A stretch of 64,000 nt of DNA from Plasmodiophora brassicae (lineage: Eukaryota): positions 930,001-994,000 of the forward strand of contig CP145420.1 in the NCBI GenBank assembly GCA_036867785.1, written 5' to 3'. Below, piece after piece: positions 13,556 through 26,883 of this stretch; within the stretch, counting starts at the first letter, position 1; each line of letters begins with the position of its first letter. The notes beneath the pieces are model-generated. The model had not been told where the DNA came from and did not search any database. It saw nothing but the letters and a program-made list of their open reading frames with translations. Made by a program: the position numbers and the translations under genes.

Positions 13556-16500
13556 ATGGCGGTGGCTGTCGATGGCGGACCGCAGCGGCAGCGTCGTGGT
13601 CCGCTGATCCTCGTCGTCATCGTCCTACTGGCTTCGGCGATCACAACCGCGGCCCGATACCTGCTGCTGCCGATCCTGCCGCTGCGTGCCGCCGGCGCGT
13701 TCCAGCGATTCGCCCCGCAGCCCCTGACGTCGCGTGATGCCCTGCGACATTGCGTGCCCGGTTTCCTCCTAGGCCTGTTCTGCGTCGCCGTCGCATGCCT
13801 GCCAGCCGTCATCATCGCCGTTGTGGTCCAGATGGCCTTAAACCTGTCACACGTCACGATGTTGTACATTCTGTCGGGCGCTTTACCGGTCCTTACGGTG
13901 TTATACGCAATCGCCGTTCAGTTCGAATCGGCAACGGAATGCCTTTCTCTCCCCAGCGTCGTTCTGCATTCCTTAGCTGCTGCATTTCTGGACCCGGTTT
14001 TGTTCGTGCTCGGAATCGTCGTCGTTGCGTTCCGACGCGACCGCCTCCTCGCCCAGGGATCGCAGTCGATGAACCAGTGGCGATTGTCAGTTGTTGCCCA
14101 ATTTGGATGGTGCATGGCAGATTTGTGTGTGCTGCCTGCTGTTCTGTTCTGCGCCCTGCTGCCTTGGCGGTTCGGGCACCTGTTGGCACAACGCAAAGCA
14201 CATCTAGCGGATGGTCGCGATCTCGATGCGCTTGTCGTTCCACTCGTTCAGGTCCTGCGTCTGTTGAACGACCTTCCGTACCTTGCTGTCGGCATGGTTG
14301 CTGTCGTCACCGTGTACAGGGCACTACCGTTTATCAACGGACTCTGGGATTCGTATAGCGCCCGGGATTACAAGTGGACGTCGTTCAGATCGACATGCCT
14401 GACACATGCTTGGTACGTCATTTGCGACGTTCCTGTTTTCCTATGCGCTGGCATCTGCCTGGTGTTCGTCTGGCGCGTCGTCCTGCTCGTTCGCGAACGC
14501 GATGGCGACATGCGAAAGAGGGTTGTCCATCATGCATTGCTGGCGTTGTGCGATCTTCCCGTCTTCTGCATTGCGCTGCCCGTTGTCCTTCTGACCGTGT
14601 ACCGCGTTCGCAACCTCAAGGCGGGTCCGAAGTCCGGCGACCTGCACCTTTGTATCGTTGCAGAATTCGTCGCATTCCTGATCGACGCCCCGTTCATGAT
14701 CCTGTCGTCAGTGCTAATTGTTTTGCCTTACCGGATCCCGTTGCTGTTCGCTGAAATTCGGCGCTCGACGACGAACTGGAAGGCGCGTCAGGCTGTTCTA
14801 GTTGAGATCAGGGAGACGCTGCTGGATTTGCTGTGTCTAATTCCTGCATTGTTATGTCTGGCGTTTGCATGGCGCCTGCCTGCGTTGCTTCAAAACCTGT
14901 TAAAACCGATACCCGCGTCCCGTCGCAGGACGCTCGTGGGCGTGGGTTCCGTCCTTGGGATATGTGACATTGCCACCGTGATACCTGGCCTTATCCTTCT
15001 TGTGACGGTCTATCGAACGAGGTATGCCTGGAAGCGCATTAACGACCGTCGTCGTGAACCCGGCGGCCCTTTCTCCCCGCATGCTGTCATCTGGAGGAAT
15101 GGTCTGATAGCAACTGTCGAGTTTCCCGTCGCGGTTGCTGGTCTCGGGTTGCTGCTGGCTCTCGCTGTTTGGAGAGTGCCCAGCCTGGCGTCAATCTGGT
15201 CTAATTCAGCAGTGCCTGCGAACAAAAAGCGAGTAGCCTTGGGTAGGCACCTAGTGATCGGCATCCTGGACTGGCTATGCTTGCCGTTGTTCATCGTGTT
15301 GTTTGCCACCGTCTACCGATGGCCAGCGAGAAAGATACGAGCTCTGACCCCTTACGATGGCGCCCCTCCGGACGCCCGTCCTCATCGCGTGTGTGCGCTG
15401 GAATTTCTGCAATTCCTTCTTGATGTCCCCTGTCTGATTCCGGTGCCTGTGTACATCATCTGGCGGTACCGGGCACTCGCCGACGGTTGGCGACGTCATT
15501 CTGGCGACGATGGCAAACGCCGTTGGCATCTTGTCCGTCAGATGTATTTGTCTATCCTTGATGTGATCGCGTTCCTTCCAGCCCTCCTCCTATATGCTGT
15601 GCGTCGTACGCAAATTCGAGATCGCATCGGGATGTTCGCAAGATGGACAACGTCATCGGGTGCCGTCCCAATTGAGCCAAAAGATCCACCTCCCGAATAT
15701 CCTATCGGCAACGTTGCTCCACCCTCGGTCAACCATGCCATTGACGATTCTCGCGAGAGCCCGAGACCCGGACTTGCTGCTGAACCGAGCCCCATTGATG
15801 CCAGGAGCGCTTCAGTAGCCCCCGATCCTGCACCGCTTCCTGATCATGTGGACGTTCCCCTTCCACCGCCCGACTATGCTACTGCTGTCTTGCCAGACGT
15901 CTGGGAAGTCTGGGCTCATAGTCATCGCGTGCACGCCGCCATCGCAAACGAGACATTCGACGGATTGGTTATTTTAGGGCGGTGGATGCTGATCACCATC
16001 CCTCTCACTGTTGCACGTTCAGTTGCCAGGTCGTTGTTGCTGACCGCGTGTTTCGTCGGCTCATGCGTGCTTCGGGTGTCTTGGCGTCGCTGTTTGTTCC
16101 TGTACAGAATTGCCCAGGCTCAAGCTCATGTCCAAGCGCCGGCAGCAATGCCCGCTTCGCAAGTTCAACCATCGGGCAGCAATGGAGGCCATCTTCAATC
16201 GCCAATGGAAATTAGCGGTAGACCTGCAGAACAAGCTGTGTCGTCTGCTGCACGTGTTGGACGGTTAACGACGCGTGCCCAGCTGGTCATAGTCGGTTCC
16301 GAGGTGTGGGAATTACTCCTGGACCTCACGGTCATCCCTTTAGCGCTTATTGTCGTGCTTGAAGTCATTCGCGCCCAGCGCCTATTTGACCTTTTCGTGT
16401 CGAACCTGGACATACCGAATGGAACTCGTCGCTACAGGGTCGTGGCCCTCTTTGCCGATACCGTTCTCGATGTCGTCCTTGTTGCCACCCTCCCTCTCGC

Positions 16501-19500
16501 ATTGTTATTCCCTTGGCGGCTGCATAAACTCGTACGCCGCGCTCCTTACGCTGAGGTATGGATCGTTATGGCTCCAATGGAGTACATTGCTGATTTGCAA
16601 TCATTGCCAGAACCTTTCCGGTGTGGGATTTCGAACACGATTCTTCATGCACATCCGCGATGGCACCTTTGACGTTCCGTTTGCAATCTTATTTATCTTG
16701 CTACTCCCGACATGGCGTTGCCCGATTGTCGTCAAGGTTCGTGTATTTCCAGGTAACCGAATCAGTCCAGTGTATAACGTTTCACGTAGCGGATCTGGGG
16801 ACAACGGAACCGGACAGACTTGCAGGACGTTCGACGAGTCTCTGACAGCAACCGGAACGCTGTCCAGTCGTCACCCGTCGACGTTCGACGCTGCATAGGA
16901 TCCGAGTTCGTTTCGCTTGTGCTCGATATAGTCGCCCTGACGAGCATCGCAATCGTGGTCGTTCTTCCTGGTACGGTGTTGCTTCCACGTCGTGTTACAT
17001 CCTGTTAACCTGTTAGTAACATTCCCAGTTGTGCTTGTTGTGTTGTTCCACGCTGCCACTGCGGTCACGGCTGTCATATTCCTCTTATGCGGATGCCGTC
17101 TCCTGCTCGTATGTCGCGACGTCCGTTTCTGCAGTAAGCCGCCCTGTTGTTCAGTGCTATTGCACACTCACACACACACGTTTGCTCAATGCCTTCTTCA
17201 GATTGGGACGCCGTCCGCGTTCGCTCGGTGCTATACACATCGGCATTACTCGGCGTTCTCGATGCGCCGTGTTTCGTCATGGCTCTGCTCGGGTTAATTA
17301 GCGGGTATCGAACTTCCGAAACGTGGCGCCTTGTCCTGCAGTCGTCCTGGTGCAAAGTCGACCGGCAAAGGCCAGCGCAACGTCATGATCCGAGTCGCGG
17401 TAGGGCTTTCGAGGGTGTACTTGCTGATGAACCACCTGCGTCGGCACCGTCAGTTGCGCCGCCCGGCGACATGCGTCCTGAAGGCTCGCCAGCAGTCGAA
17501 CCTGACCGTGATGAACCACATGCGTCGGCACCGTCAGTTGTGCCGCCCGGTGACATGCGTCCTGAAGGCTCGCCAGCAGTCGGACCTGACCATGGGCAAT
17601 CGCGTCATGCCAGTCAAGAGCCGCCAAACAGCGAATCTCATGATGCTGTTCATGAGGCTCCAGCCGCTATCCAGCAGGGTGCTGCACCCGCGTTGGAACC
17701 CGCGTCGGCAGTCGCTATTGCATGGTCTATCCTTGTGCTCGGGTGCAAAGTCGTTATCGACATCCCTTTCCTCCTTCTCTTCATCCTGTTGATCGTGACC
17801 GGCTGGCGTTCATCAGAAGCGATGAGGCAATACTCCACGAAGAAGGGCAACCTTCCAAGAGCCGCGTTTGCCCTACAGTTCTGCAACCTTGTGATCGATC
17901 TGCCTGTCATATCTGCTGCATTGATCTTGACCTTGTGGGCACATCGAACACGGGGAATGTGGAAAGCCGTCGCCAATGCGCCATCCGCGTCGGACAGACG
18001 GCCAATCATCGGGAAACACATGATCGTTGCGTGTGCTGACGTTCTGGCATTGCCATTTCTGGCCGTTAACATCGTCACGTTATACCGGCTGGAGGGTTTA
18101 CGACTGCGAATCCTGGGCCTGCTGCATTCGGACGGCAGTCTACATGACGAGTTACGACCCCATTGGAACTTCCTCGTCTCGTCTGGTCAGATCGTCGCTG
18201 ACATCCCGCACCTGATCATGGCGGTTATTGTCACGTTTACGTGGCGCTCGCGGTCATTATGGAACGAACTTCTTGCCATACGGCGCGCCAGACGATGCTT
18301 CGAACCAGCGCAGGGTACTGAGCGGCCTCCTCCAGGCTACAGGGAACCGGCGCCTTCCGCACCCAATGTCGACGTTGTCGAATCTGTCGCCGTCGAAATA
18401 CCTTCAGATGCACAACGAGACGTTGCTCCACCGCCCGATCATCTGGCGTTAGACGTCAGTGCGTCACATGACGTTAATCACAGCGTCGAGCCGCCTCCAT
18501 ACGAGAGTCCCGCTCAGCAGGATGACACGAAACAGCTGGCACTTCGCAGCTATCGAGAACCGATACAGCAGGAGTTTGCTGGTACCTGCGTTGATATCCC
18601 GTTTGTTATTGCAGGGGCACTCGCCGCGATTCTACTGCACCGATCGGTCTGCCTCATCCTGGACCTCGGTCGATGCTCATCTGCGAAGGAGCGACGAAAG
18701 GCCGCTGTCTTAAACCTCGCCTTGTTCTTCGTCGACGCGGTCGCTGCGGTCCTGTTCATCGTCCCGATACTGGCAACCGGGTTCCGGCTCCCACGAACGT
18801 GCCGGGATATAGCCAACGTCGCCATGTTCCCACCGGCGCTGTCGCTCGAGGAGAGGGTTCGACCACATGCCGTTATCCTGCGGGAGTGTTGGGCCGCTGT
18901 AGTTGGTACCTCGACTGCCGTCGTGTTCATCGCCATTGCATTGCCCGCAATGGCGCTGTGCCTCTGGAGACTGCCAACGCTAGTGGCTTTCATTCGTGCC
19001 GGCCGTCCACTCATATCGTCCGCGTTCATGATGTGGATGTTTTACGTCCTCGACGTGGTCGCGCTGCTGGAGATGGCGGTCATCTCGTCCCTCGTCGTCA
19101 GGTGTCACTGTTTCTGGTCCGCCTGCCATACCATCGTCCGACAGTTCCGCGAATGGCAGTCCTGCGAGTCCGTTGAGGCTCGTACGGCTTTCGTAGAGCA
19201 GCTGGACGAACGCCAACGCTTCCAGAACGCGCTCAATGATTATTTCGGGACCCACGAAGGGAACGTTCAGTCCGGTGCGTCATTGACTCTTGTCTGGGAC
19301 ATCGTGTCGGAGGAGTTCAGTCGGTCCTTGCTGTCGTAAGTGCCGGCTGTGGAACGGGTGCGCGCGTCCACAGATTGGCTGATACGTTTCGTTGCAGGAT
19401 TCCGTTCATCATCATGCTCCCCTTCAACATCCTGGGGTACGTGCTCCTGCCGCCGTATTACCTCGCGAAGTACCGTGTGGTCAGATGCGCGCGCCAGCTG

Positions 19501-20528
19501 TTTCCAACCATCGACTGACTTGGCTGTATGTGGCAAAGAACGGGCCCAAGCACTGGCAGTCGTATCTCGTCCGGCCGCTTCGCTACGTCATTACACATTG
19601 CCCGGAGCCCCGTTCAATCGGTACGCCCAGATGTTGTGCAACGTGGATGATGGTACTGACTGTGCTGTTAGCTAAGATGGACCGCTTCTTCGCCTACAAT
19701 TTCATCGTGACGCTCCCATGTGTCATCTTCGACATGATCGCCGTTGCCGCTGCTGTACCTCACGTCGCAGTCATTCATGCGTCCTGCTGGACCTTTGCCA
19801 AGGTGAAAGTTCCTCTGGAGCGAGATGCGGCGGAAGCAAATGCTGTCGCGGCTGCTGAACAGCATCCCTTTACTGCCAATACTCTCTTTCAGGCAGTCAT
19901 ATTCCCCGTTCTGGCGGTTCTTGAGGTAGTAATGTACGTTTGTTGCCGTTGGCTGCCTGCTCATTGCGTTCCTTAGTGTTCGTTCGTTGGGTTGCCTGTG
20001 GCAACGTTTTTCCTCACTCGCGCGTACCGCTTTTGTGCTGTCGCCACTGCTGTGCATGCGTCTGTGTGGGCCGTCATCGCCCCTGCTACGATTCAACTTG
20101 CCAACCAGTATCGGGTCGCTCTCCAGCGTCAGGCCGTGTTCGCTCCTTGGCGCCTGTGGGTTGCAATAGGTATCCCTACTGGCCTGTACACCATGTGACG
20201 CGTTCTAATGTCGGCTGCGTGCGATCCAGGACGCGCGAGCTTCCTCTGCGTTCCATGTCGCCTCGTTCTGGACACGGTTGTCCTCGGTCCTCTTCGCGCC
20301 GTCACACGCGTGTGCTGGCGCATCTCACAACAAGGCGGCCTTATTGGAGAACTCGTCGGGGAGATCCTGTTCATGGGCTTCCTGGTCGCCTGGGTCGCCT
20401 GGCCGTTGCTGCTTTTCCTTGCCAACACCATTGCGGGCATCTGTGGCGTCTTCCTGACCCTCGCCCTGGTTGTCACTTCGGTTCGTCCCGTCAAGGAGAG
20501 TTGGGGACCTCCCGTGGATGGGCACTGA
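13556..20528 (+). CDS. Very large polytopic membrane protein made of >20 D-(hydrophobic ~15)-[Y/W]R repeats (multi-exon)
   Basis: Long ORFs 13556-16672 and 17147-19339 plus linking and terminal exons all share the motif, e.g. DLPYLAVGMVAVVTVYR, DAPFMILSSVLIVLPYR, DIPFLLLFILLIVTGWR, DIPHLIMAVIVTFTWR. Confidence 0.75.
17425..17592 (+). repeat. 84-bp coding tandem duplication (DEPPASAPSVAPPGDMRPEGSPAV x2)
   Basis: Two near-identical 28-codon units. Confidence 0.9.
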
Positions 20529-20934
20529 ACCTCTTAGAATCGCGGTTGTGCCAGCTCAGTCGCGGGCCGCCACATTTCGTCATCGTGTGTAAATGGTTAT
20601 TTATTGGTACGTTCGTGCCTGGACGCGTGACTCAAAACGGGTGGGAGAGTGCGAACGGGCGAATACGCTCCGATGCTGCGACGATCAGCCAGGCAGAGCG
20701 TATTTAAGGTCGTCGTCCGGAGCGGTACTGGAAAGGGCGGTGCTAATCGGACAACTGATGTGAAGTCGTTCGGGTTCGTGCCTGCGCTACGATAGCTTGC
20801 ATAGCACCGGAACGCGACGAGGACAATCTCCATTGCGGTGCGTAAGCAAGCCGGCATTCCATCCAGCAGCAGGGTGCCATGATCAGCACGTGGTACAGGC
20901 CAGACACGTGACGTTGTATATTGCGAACCTGGCA

Positions 20935-22101
20935 TCACATTCGCCAGCGGTTGTTGCAGACGGTGCACGTTATGAACGTGGTCATCGGTTCATCGGCGCT
21001 TCGGGTCTGCATCTGGTAGAACGTCGTCTTGCTCTGTTTACAACGCCCGCATTTGAACATGTCGGTCGCGCCCGCATTCCGATTCTACACCACACCGATG
21101 AGTGGCATGGCCCACATTCAGAAAACGTCCATGTCGACAGACCAGGTCGCTGCGGTTCGCATTCTTCGCTTCCTGATGATGTTCCTCCCGAAGGGCCTTC
21201 AGGTCCTTGCTGGCCATCTCCTGGTGCCGACTTAGATCGGATGGCACAACCGCATGAAGCATATCGGCGCGGAACCTTTGGATCCATTTGCGCCAGTTCG
21301 CCAGGATGTATCGCGCCATTGCAGACGTTGTCGCGAAAGTCGGGATTGGATTTGTCTTTCAGGTTGAACATTATGTTCCTGAACTGGTTCTTGTACTCCT
21401 TCTGCGTATTCCCGAAATGCCTATAGAGCCCTGCGCACACGTCCCCCAACGTCAGGTCGAGAATGAATACGACGCTCTTGCATGCCTGATCGTTTACCAT
21501 CCTCTATTTGCAGGACAACAAACATTCTATCATTCTCATCTGCAACAGGACGTTAGCTAAACGGGAAAGAACGAAACCGTCTAGGTACGCAATCGACACA
21601 CCATCCAGGTTGGTGAACGCGGCAAGCAGCATGGATCGGATCTTATCGCGAACCGAATCTCCAGTGCGAAATTCTTCTGCTGAAACGAGTCCTAACGGGG
21701 CGTTCAGGACACGGTGCTGGCGGGATGCGGCGCAGACCATCGTACTGTCGCGGGGAGACGCCAGCGTCGACGCGGGCGACGGTTCCGGAGCAGGCACGGC
21801 AGGTGGCGCTGCGGCAATGGCGCCTTTCCACGTCTTTACGAGCTTGGCAGCAGTGACCCTGATTTTCTCACTACTGTGCTTCCGCAGCTTGCCGACCGTA
21901 ACCCCAACGCCTGTCCTCTACCACCGGCGACTCAATCAGACCAGCTCGGAACCCACCAACATGAGCCACCTTTAGGATGTCCACGTCCACATCCTGCTTT
22001 GACAGGTTCGTAAGCGCGGCGAGTGTCGCTTGCTCGTTGTGGTCGAAGATAGCGGCGCTGAGCTCGCTCTGCAACGTCTCGATCACGTCGGCCTGCTGCA
22101 T
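20935..22101 (-). CDS. TFIIS: Transcription elongation factor S-II (multi-exon)
   Basis: N-terminal [13 protein letters not shown], central [12 protein letters not shown] and EMAS, and C-terminal zinc ribbon [40 protein letters not shown]. Confidence 0.95.
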
Positions 22102-22228
22102 GGTTGCGCAGTCCGCGACTGCAACTTCCTCACAGTCCGCTCATCGCGACGTTCAATGGCATTCGCCAAAGTTTACCCCAGATTGCATTGGTATTAGGGC
22201 ACGTGCCATACATTACAAGGGGGTCGTC

Positions 22229-23551
22229 ATGGAGGACGCCGTGCAGGGCGGTGTTGCCGAGCTGGGCCTCGACAAGAAGGCCGAACGTAACCCGAGTGTC
22301 GCGTAGAATGTGTTAACCAACCGATTCTGACACGTGCTGTAAGGATTCCTGTACGACATTGGTCTGATGGATGCCATTGAATCCGGCCTGTACCGCCTGT
22401 ACGCCGAAGGCATGCCTCGTGACAATGCGTACCTGGTCGTCGCCGACGAGCTTGCTGCCTTCGGGCGCCGATGGAAGTCCCAGAACCTGTTGCCACCGAC
22501 TACCACGGACACCTTCAAGCAGTACTGTGCCTTGCAACCGCCGCCAGCGCATACACAGCGACAACCGTCCCGGTTCGATAGAGACCTACCCGGCGGACCT
22601 GTCGTCCCCACACACGTCATCCAAGAGCGCTTCCGTCGTCGTGCTGCCCGACGTGAGCACAGTGGTCCCGACCCAGTTGCGGCCAGGCATTCATCGCCAC
22701 CGAGGCTGCCGCATGAGGTGGGGAACTCCGAAACTGCCGTCGTCGTTCAACCTGCGCAGTCGCCTCGCGCCAAGTCGACTGCGACGCCGCAGGACACGGT
22801 TACGCCAGCCGCACCGGCGCCGCATCCTGACACCAATGTCGACAACGGTGCATGTAGGCCGTTGACTGAGGAGGAGGCGGTGTTGAAGATTCAGGCGGTG
22901 TCGCGAGGCAAGGCGGCGCGTCGCCTATCCCGCCAGATGCGGGCGGAGGCCACGGTCGCCGCCGGCAAGCGTCGCCGGTCGGTTCAGTTCGCCGATCGCA
23001 AGCAACGCGTCCAGCAACAAATCGAGGGATCGGAACAGGAGCAGGCGAAACGGCAGGTCGAACAGGAGCCCAAGTCGCCGCGGCTTCAGAGCCCAAAGTC
23101 ACCACGGTCGGCCCTAAAATCACGTCACCCTGTACAGGAGCAGGCGCGAGAAGTGGAACAGGACGTGGAGCAAGAGCACGCGCTGCAACGCGAAGAGAAT
23201 CAAAAATTGGATCTGGAACCGAAGGACGAACCAAGGCCCGAGGACCAACAGGATCTTCAGCAGGAGACGCACAGTATGCAGGAGGCGCACGTTGACACTG
23301 GCGACCAACAGGATGGGCCGGGCCCGGACAGCGACGACCACGAACGATCCCTAGATCCAATGACAGCTGGGCCGGACGAACACGTGCCCGTGGTTCTGGA
23401 TCCTCATGAGCTCCAGACGCTGGAACAACATGAAGAGCAGGTGCAGCAGCTTCTAGGCCAACAGGAGCAACCGGAGCGGCAGCTGGGGGGCCATGGTGAG
23501 CCTCAGTACGAACCGAGCGACCCGCTGCAGCAAGACAACAGCGGGCATTAG
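22229..23551 (+). CDS. IQ-motif protein with a possible N-terminal Dpy-30/RIIa-like docking segment and an acidic Q/E-rich tail
   Basis: 394-aa ORF with EEEAVLKIQAVSRGKAARR (IQ) and N-terminal LMDAIESGLYRLYAEGMPRDNAYLVVADEL. A short upstream exon is inferred. Confidence 0.65.
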
Positions 23552-25001
23552 ATTCCAAACCCGCAGGGGAGCCGCTGACCTAAACCGATCACGAACGCAT
23601 TCATGGGTTCTCGTCGTCGCTTCAGTGTTTGACCGTACTCGACATCATGCCTGCCAGGCAAATGGTGATTATCTTCGGGGCTGCTGTTCAGGGACCTATC
23701 TACACTGCAATGCGCTGTCGATGATCGCGAGCGGGGCTTGTGGCCGGTACCTTGTATGCGGTTACAGTATGCCTGCGGCTAGATCACGATTGCCGGGCAG
23801 GCGTACAGGTATTCAGCTCAGACGGATTGCGACGATCGAGGAGGGCACAATTCAGGCGATGCCATCGTCAACGGATCGGCTGCAAGGTCGTGCGAGTGGC
23901 GGCGAAGGGGGACATACTCCTGATATGAGGCTACCAATCGGCTACATATCGCTGGACACATGGCAGCACCTTCGTGCCAGTGCGTTCCAATGCCACAGAG
24001 TGGGGAGTGTGGGGACAGATTGCCGACAAGGTCGTAATTTGTAATCAATCATCTAAATCCGAGCTCACGTAGCGTTGTCGCCAACGTTCCAGGAGAGCCT
24101 GGAACGCAAGGTCGTCGGCATCGAGCACTACCGAATCGTCGTGAGCAGGCTCTGCCTTGGCAGGTGTGAGGTCACTGTCTGCTTTGTCGGGTGCAAAGCT
24201 CTCTGCTTTGTCGGGTGCGCTTTGTAGTGTGATCTGCTGGTCTTGGCCACCGCCGGCAGGCGAAGACGGAGGTGCCCCAGGAGCTGTTCTGCTCACAGCC
24301 AGGTCAGTTGCGAATCGTTGCATTACACTATGCAGGGCATACCCAGGACTGGTAGGGTCGACATGGGTGATCATTGCCTCGAGCTCTCGAATGCGTTTCC
24401 GCAACGCCTCGTTCTGCATACAACATAAGATTAACGCGAATGGGTAGCAGGCGGTGAGCTGGCCGGACCTCTGCCTCGATGTCTCCTGGCGGCGACAGCC
24501 AGGCACCGAACCTGATCAGCGCCCGGCCCAGAACGCGGCACAGATGGGGGCGCCTCGTTGTCGAGCGCGACGTCACTCTCCCGATGCGGTTGCTCATATC
24601 AACAGACGCCCAACGAATTCGTTATGCGGCCGAGATTCACGGGTGGGACCGGTTAGCGGCCGAGGTACCACTGCAGTGTTGAGGATACGCGCGCCGGGGG
24701 GTTGGACGCCACGTTACAGGATGCAGACAGTCAGCGGAAATCTGCCAACCATAACGACTAGCTCGACAGGTTCACTGGTGACACGATAGATGCCATCGCA
24801 CGGCAGCATTGTCGACGTTCTCCAATTGCGCGCCGAATGCGTTGGCAACCACGGCCTAGGTCTTCCCATGCCGCCTCTGTAAGACGCGCACGCGCCGTCG
24901 TGCTGCGCACCTGCCCTGGTGCAGCCCGCTGGCCTAACCGTCAGGGGCATATCGACGATCTCGACAGGAGCCTCTTAACCTTTCGAGAGGGCCTTGCGCC
25001 A
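23255..25001 (+). repeat. Left arm of inverted segmental duplication (partner 31653-33747)
   Basis: Near-identical reverse complement of 32225-33747, with patchier similarity to 31653-31945. Confidence 0.9.
24045..24597 (-). CDS. Hypothetical protein, copy 1 (last exons; may start further upstream near 25.3 kb)
   Basis: NEALRKRIRELEAMITHVDP...WRQRYVSSDLDD*, open and nearly identical in both duplicate copies. Confidence 0.5.
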
Positions 25002-25302
25002 GCGGCCACGGGACGGACCCCCCGTGTTTCGAGGGTGGCCGTGCTGCGATCCGGTCCGAACTCCCGTTCCGCGGAATTGCGCGCGGACGAGGGCGACCGC
25101 GGGCCACTGACGCGCTGCAGGGTGGCTGCGCCCCTCAGGCCTCGAAGTGCCGCCAACCTATCCGCAAGGGCCCTCAATTTCAGAGCCCAGCGCTGCTGCA
25201 GGCGCTTCGCGGCACAACCACAAATGGTACGGTCGCGTGCGTGTGATGGTGACCGGGTGCCGTATTGACCGACACGTGTAGCATCCGTTCCGATCTGTGG
25301 CC

Positions 25303-25629
25303 ATGCCCAGGGACCCGTCGATCGTATCCGCCTGGCCGCTAGTCGCATCCGTGTTCGACAACAACGCGACGCCGCCAGCGGACCCCGTCATCCCGGACCC
25401 GGTCCGGTCGGCGTCGCCCGGTGACGCCCGGCGCAAGCTGGACATCGACGCCCTGACCGAGCAGTACTGGCTCCCGTTCGACAACACGCACCTGGCTATT
25501 AACATGGGCGTTCGCGTCCCGAACCCGTCCGCTGCCCGATCCGCCGAACCGCGTCCGCGCCCTAAATCCGTTGCCGTCATCGGCCACCGACCCAGGCGAT
25601 GTTCCCCACCGGAAACTAGCACCTCATAG
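25303..25629 (+). CDS. Small hypothetical protein
   Basis: ~108-aa ORF with coding-like GC3 bias, divergent from the upstream minus-strand gene. Confidence 0.35.
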   Translation: MPRDPSIVSAWPLVASVFDNNATPPADPVIPDPVRSASPGDARRKLDIDALTEQYWLPFDNTHLAINMGVRVPNPSAARSAEPRPRPKSVAVIGHRPRRCSPPETSTS

Positions 25630-25693
25630 GTAGCCCCGTTGCCAGTCAAGCACAACGTTTGCGTTTTACTGTTCAATAGACACTTCGGAGGCG

Positions 25694-26743
25694 TTATCCT
25701 TGACCAGCGATCCATGTGCAGATGACGTCATACGCGTCTGACGCTTCCCGTTGGTCGAAGAGGTTCGGCACCAGCGGGTAGATGTGGCTGACGCCCCGCC
25801 CGACCCGCAACGTGCCCGCTGGGCAGCGCTTGTGGAACGCAACGATCTGGTCGAGCAGGATCTCGTCGGCGCCGGCGATGGTCAGCGTTCGCGGAAGGCG
25901 GGACACGTCCGCGTATCGAAGCGGCGACACCAGGTGCCGTGTCGAGGCATCGCCGGTGTCGTACGAGGCGATGGCGCGGGTGAGGTACGTCTTGGGCAGC
26001 CAGTCGCGGCCGTCGTTGGCCTGCACAGATGCGTCGTCGGCGAAGTCGGGCGTGCACAGCACGACGGGCGAGATCAGGACGAGGCCGGCGACGGCGACGT
26101 CGCGAAGGAGGAGGCAGGCGCCGATGGCCAGGTTGCCTCCAGCGGAATCACCGGCGATGATCAACTTGGAAGGCGGCAGGTCCAGGGCGCGGCAGACGCT
26201 GACGACCTGCTCGACAGCAACCGGAACGCGATGCTCAGGCGATAACGCGTAGTCGACCGCGACGAACGCGACCGACGTGCTGTGCACCCGGTCCGCCTGG
26301 GTCAGGATCTCGTTGATCGGCACGATGTACTGCAACGTGTCGCCGGTGATGAACCCGCCGCCATGAAGGTACACGATGACCCTGTCGTGGAGCGCAAGCG
26401 GCGTGCGGTGATCCCCGCTCCTGCGAATGATATCGCAAGGGACGCCCGCGATCGTCACCCGCTCCAGGGACGGCAGACCGAGCGAGCGGAAACGGCAGGC
26501 CAGACGAACCAGGAACGCAGCCCACTGTGGAGCGGCGCGAAGCTGGGCAGTGCCCAGACGGGCGTGATCGTGCATGAGGTTGCGAACGAACCGCAGCGCG
26601 AACGACTCGTGCGCACGCAGCGACAGCGACCTGTACGCCGAGTGAATGTCACGTGTGAACAGCATGAGCGTTTGCGCACGGTACCGAAAGCAGGCCAGCA
26701 GGATGGCCCATGCCGCGACGACCCACGCGAGCTGATCCTGCAT
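25694..26743 (-). CDS. Alpha/beta hydrolase, hormone-sensitive-lipase (GDXG) family
   Basis: YLHGGGF, VDYALSPEH, GDSAGGNL nucleophile elbow, EILLDQ and SHIYP; N-terminal hydrophobic anchor; intronless. Confidence 0.9.
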   Translation of the reverse strand: MQDQLAWVVAAWAILLACFRYRAQTLMLFTRDIHSAYRSLSLRAHESFALRFVRNLMHDHARLGTAQLRAAPQWAAFLVRLACRFRSLGLPSLERVTIAGVPCDIIRRSGDHRTPLALHDRVIVYLHGGGFITGDTLQYIVPINEILTQADRVHSTSVAFVAVDYALSPEHRVPVAVEQVVSVCRALDLPPSKLIIAGDSAGGNLAIGACLLLRDVAVAGLVLISPVVLCTPDFADDASVQANDGRDWLPKTYLTRAIASYDTGDASTRHLVSPLRYADVSRLPRTLTIAGADEILLDQIVAFHKRCPAGTLRVGRGVSHIYPLVPNLFDQREASDAYDVICTWIAGQG

Positions 26744-26883
26744 CCGTTCGGCGGCGCCGTGGCGGACAACAACGACAACGCCTTCGAAAATGAGCTCGTT
26801 GACTCAAGGGACGATGCGGGCGCTCGTCGCGCCCGGGTCACAACACATCCCATGCAAACGACCCCGGGATCTGTATTTCGGGT

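Noticed and set aside
24860-25060. Structured-looking GC-rich sequence considered as an ncRNA
   Set aside because: No tRNA, snRNA or SRP hallmarks; explained by the duplicated gene region.
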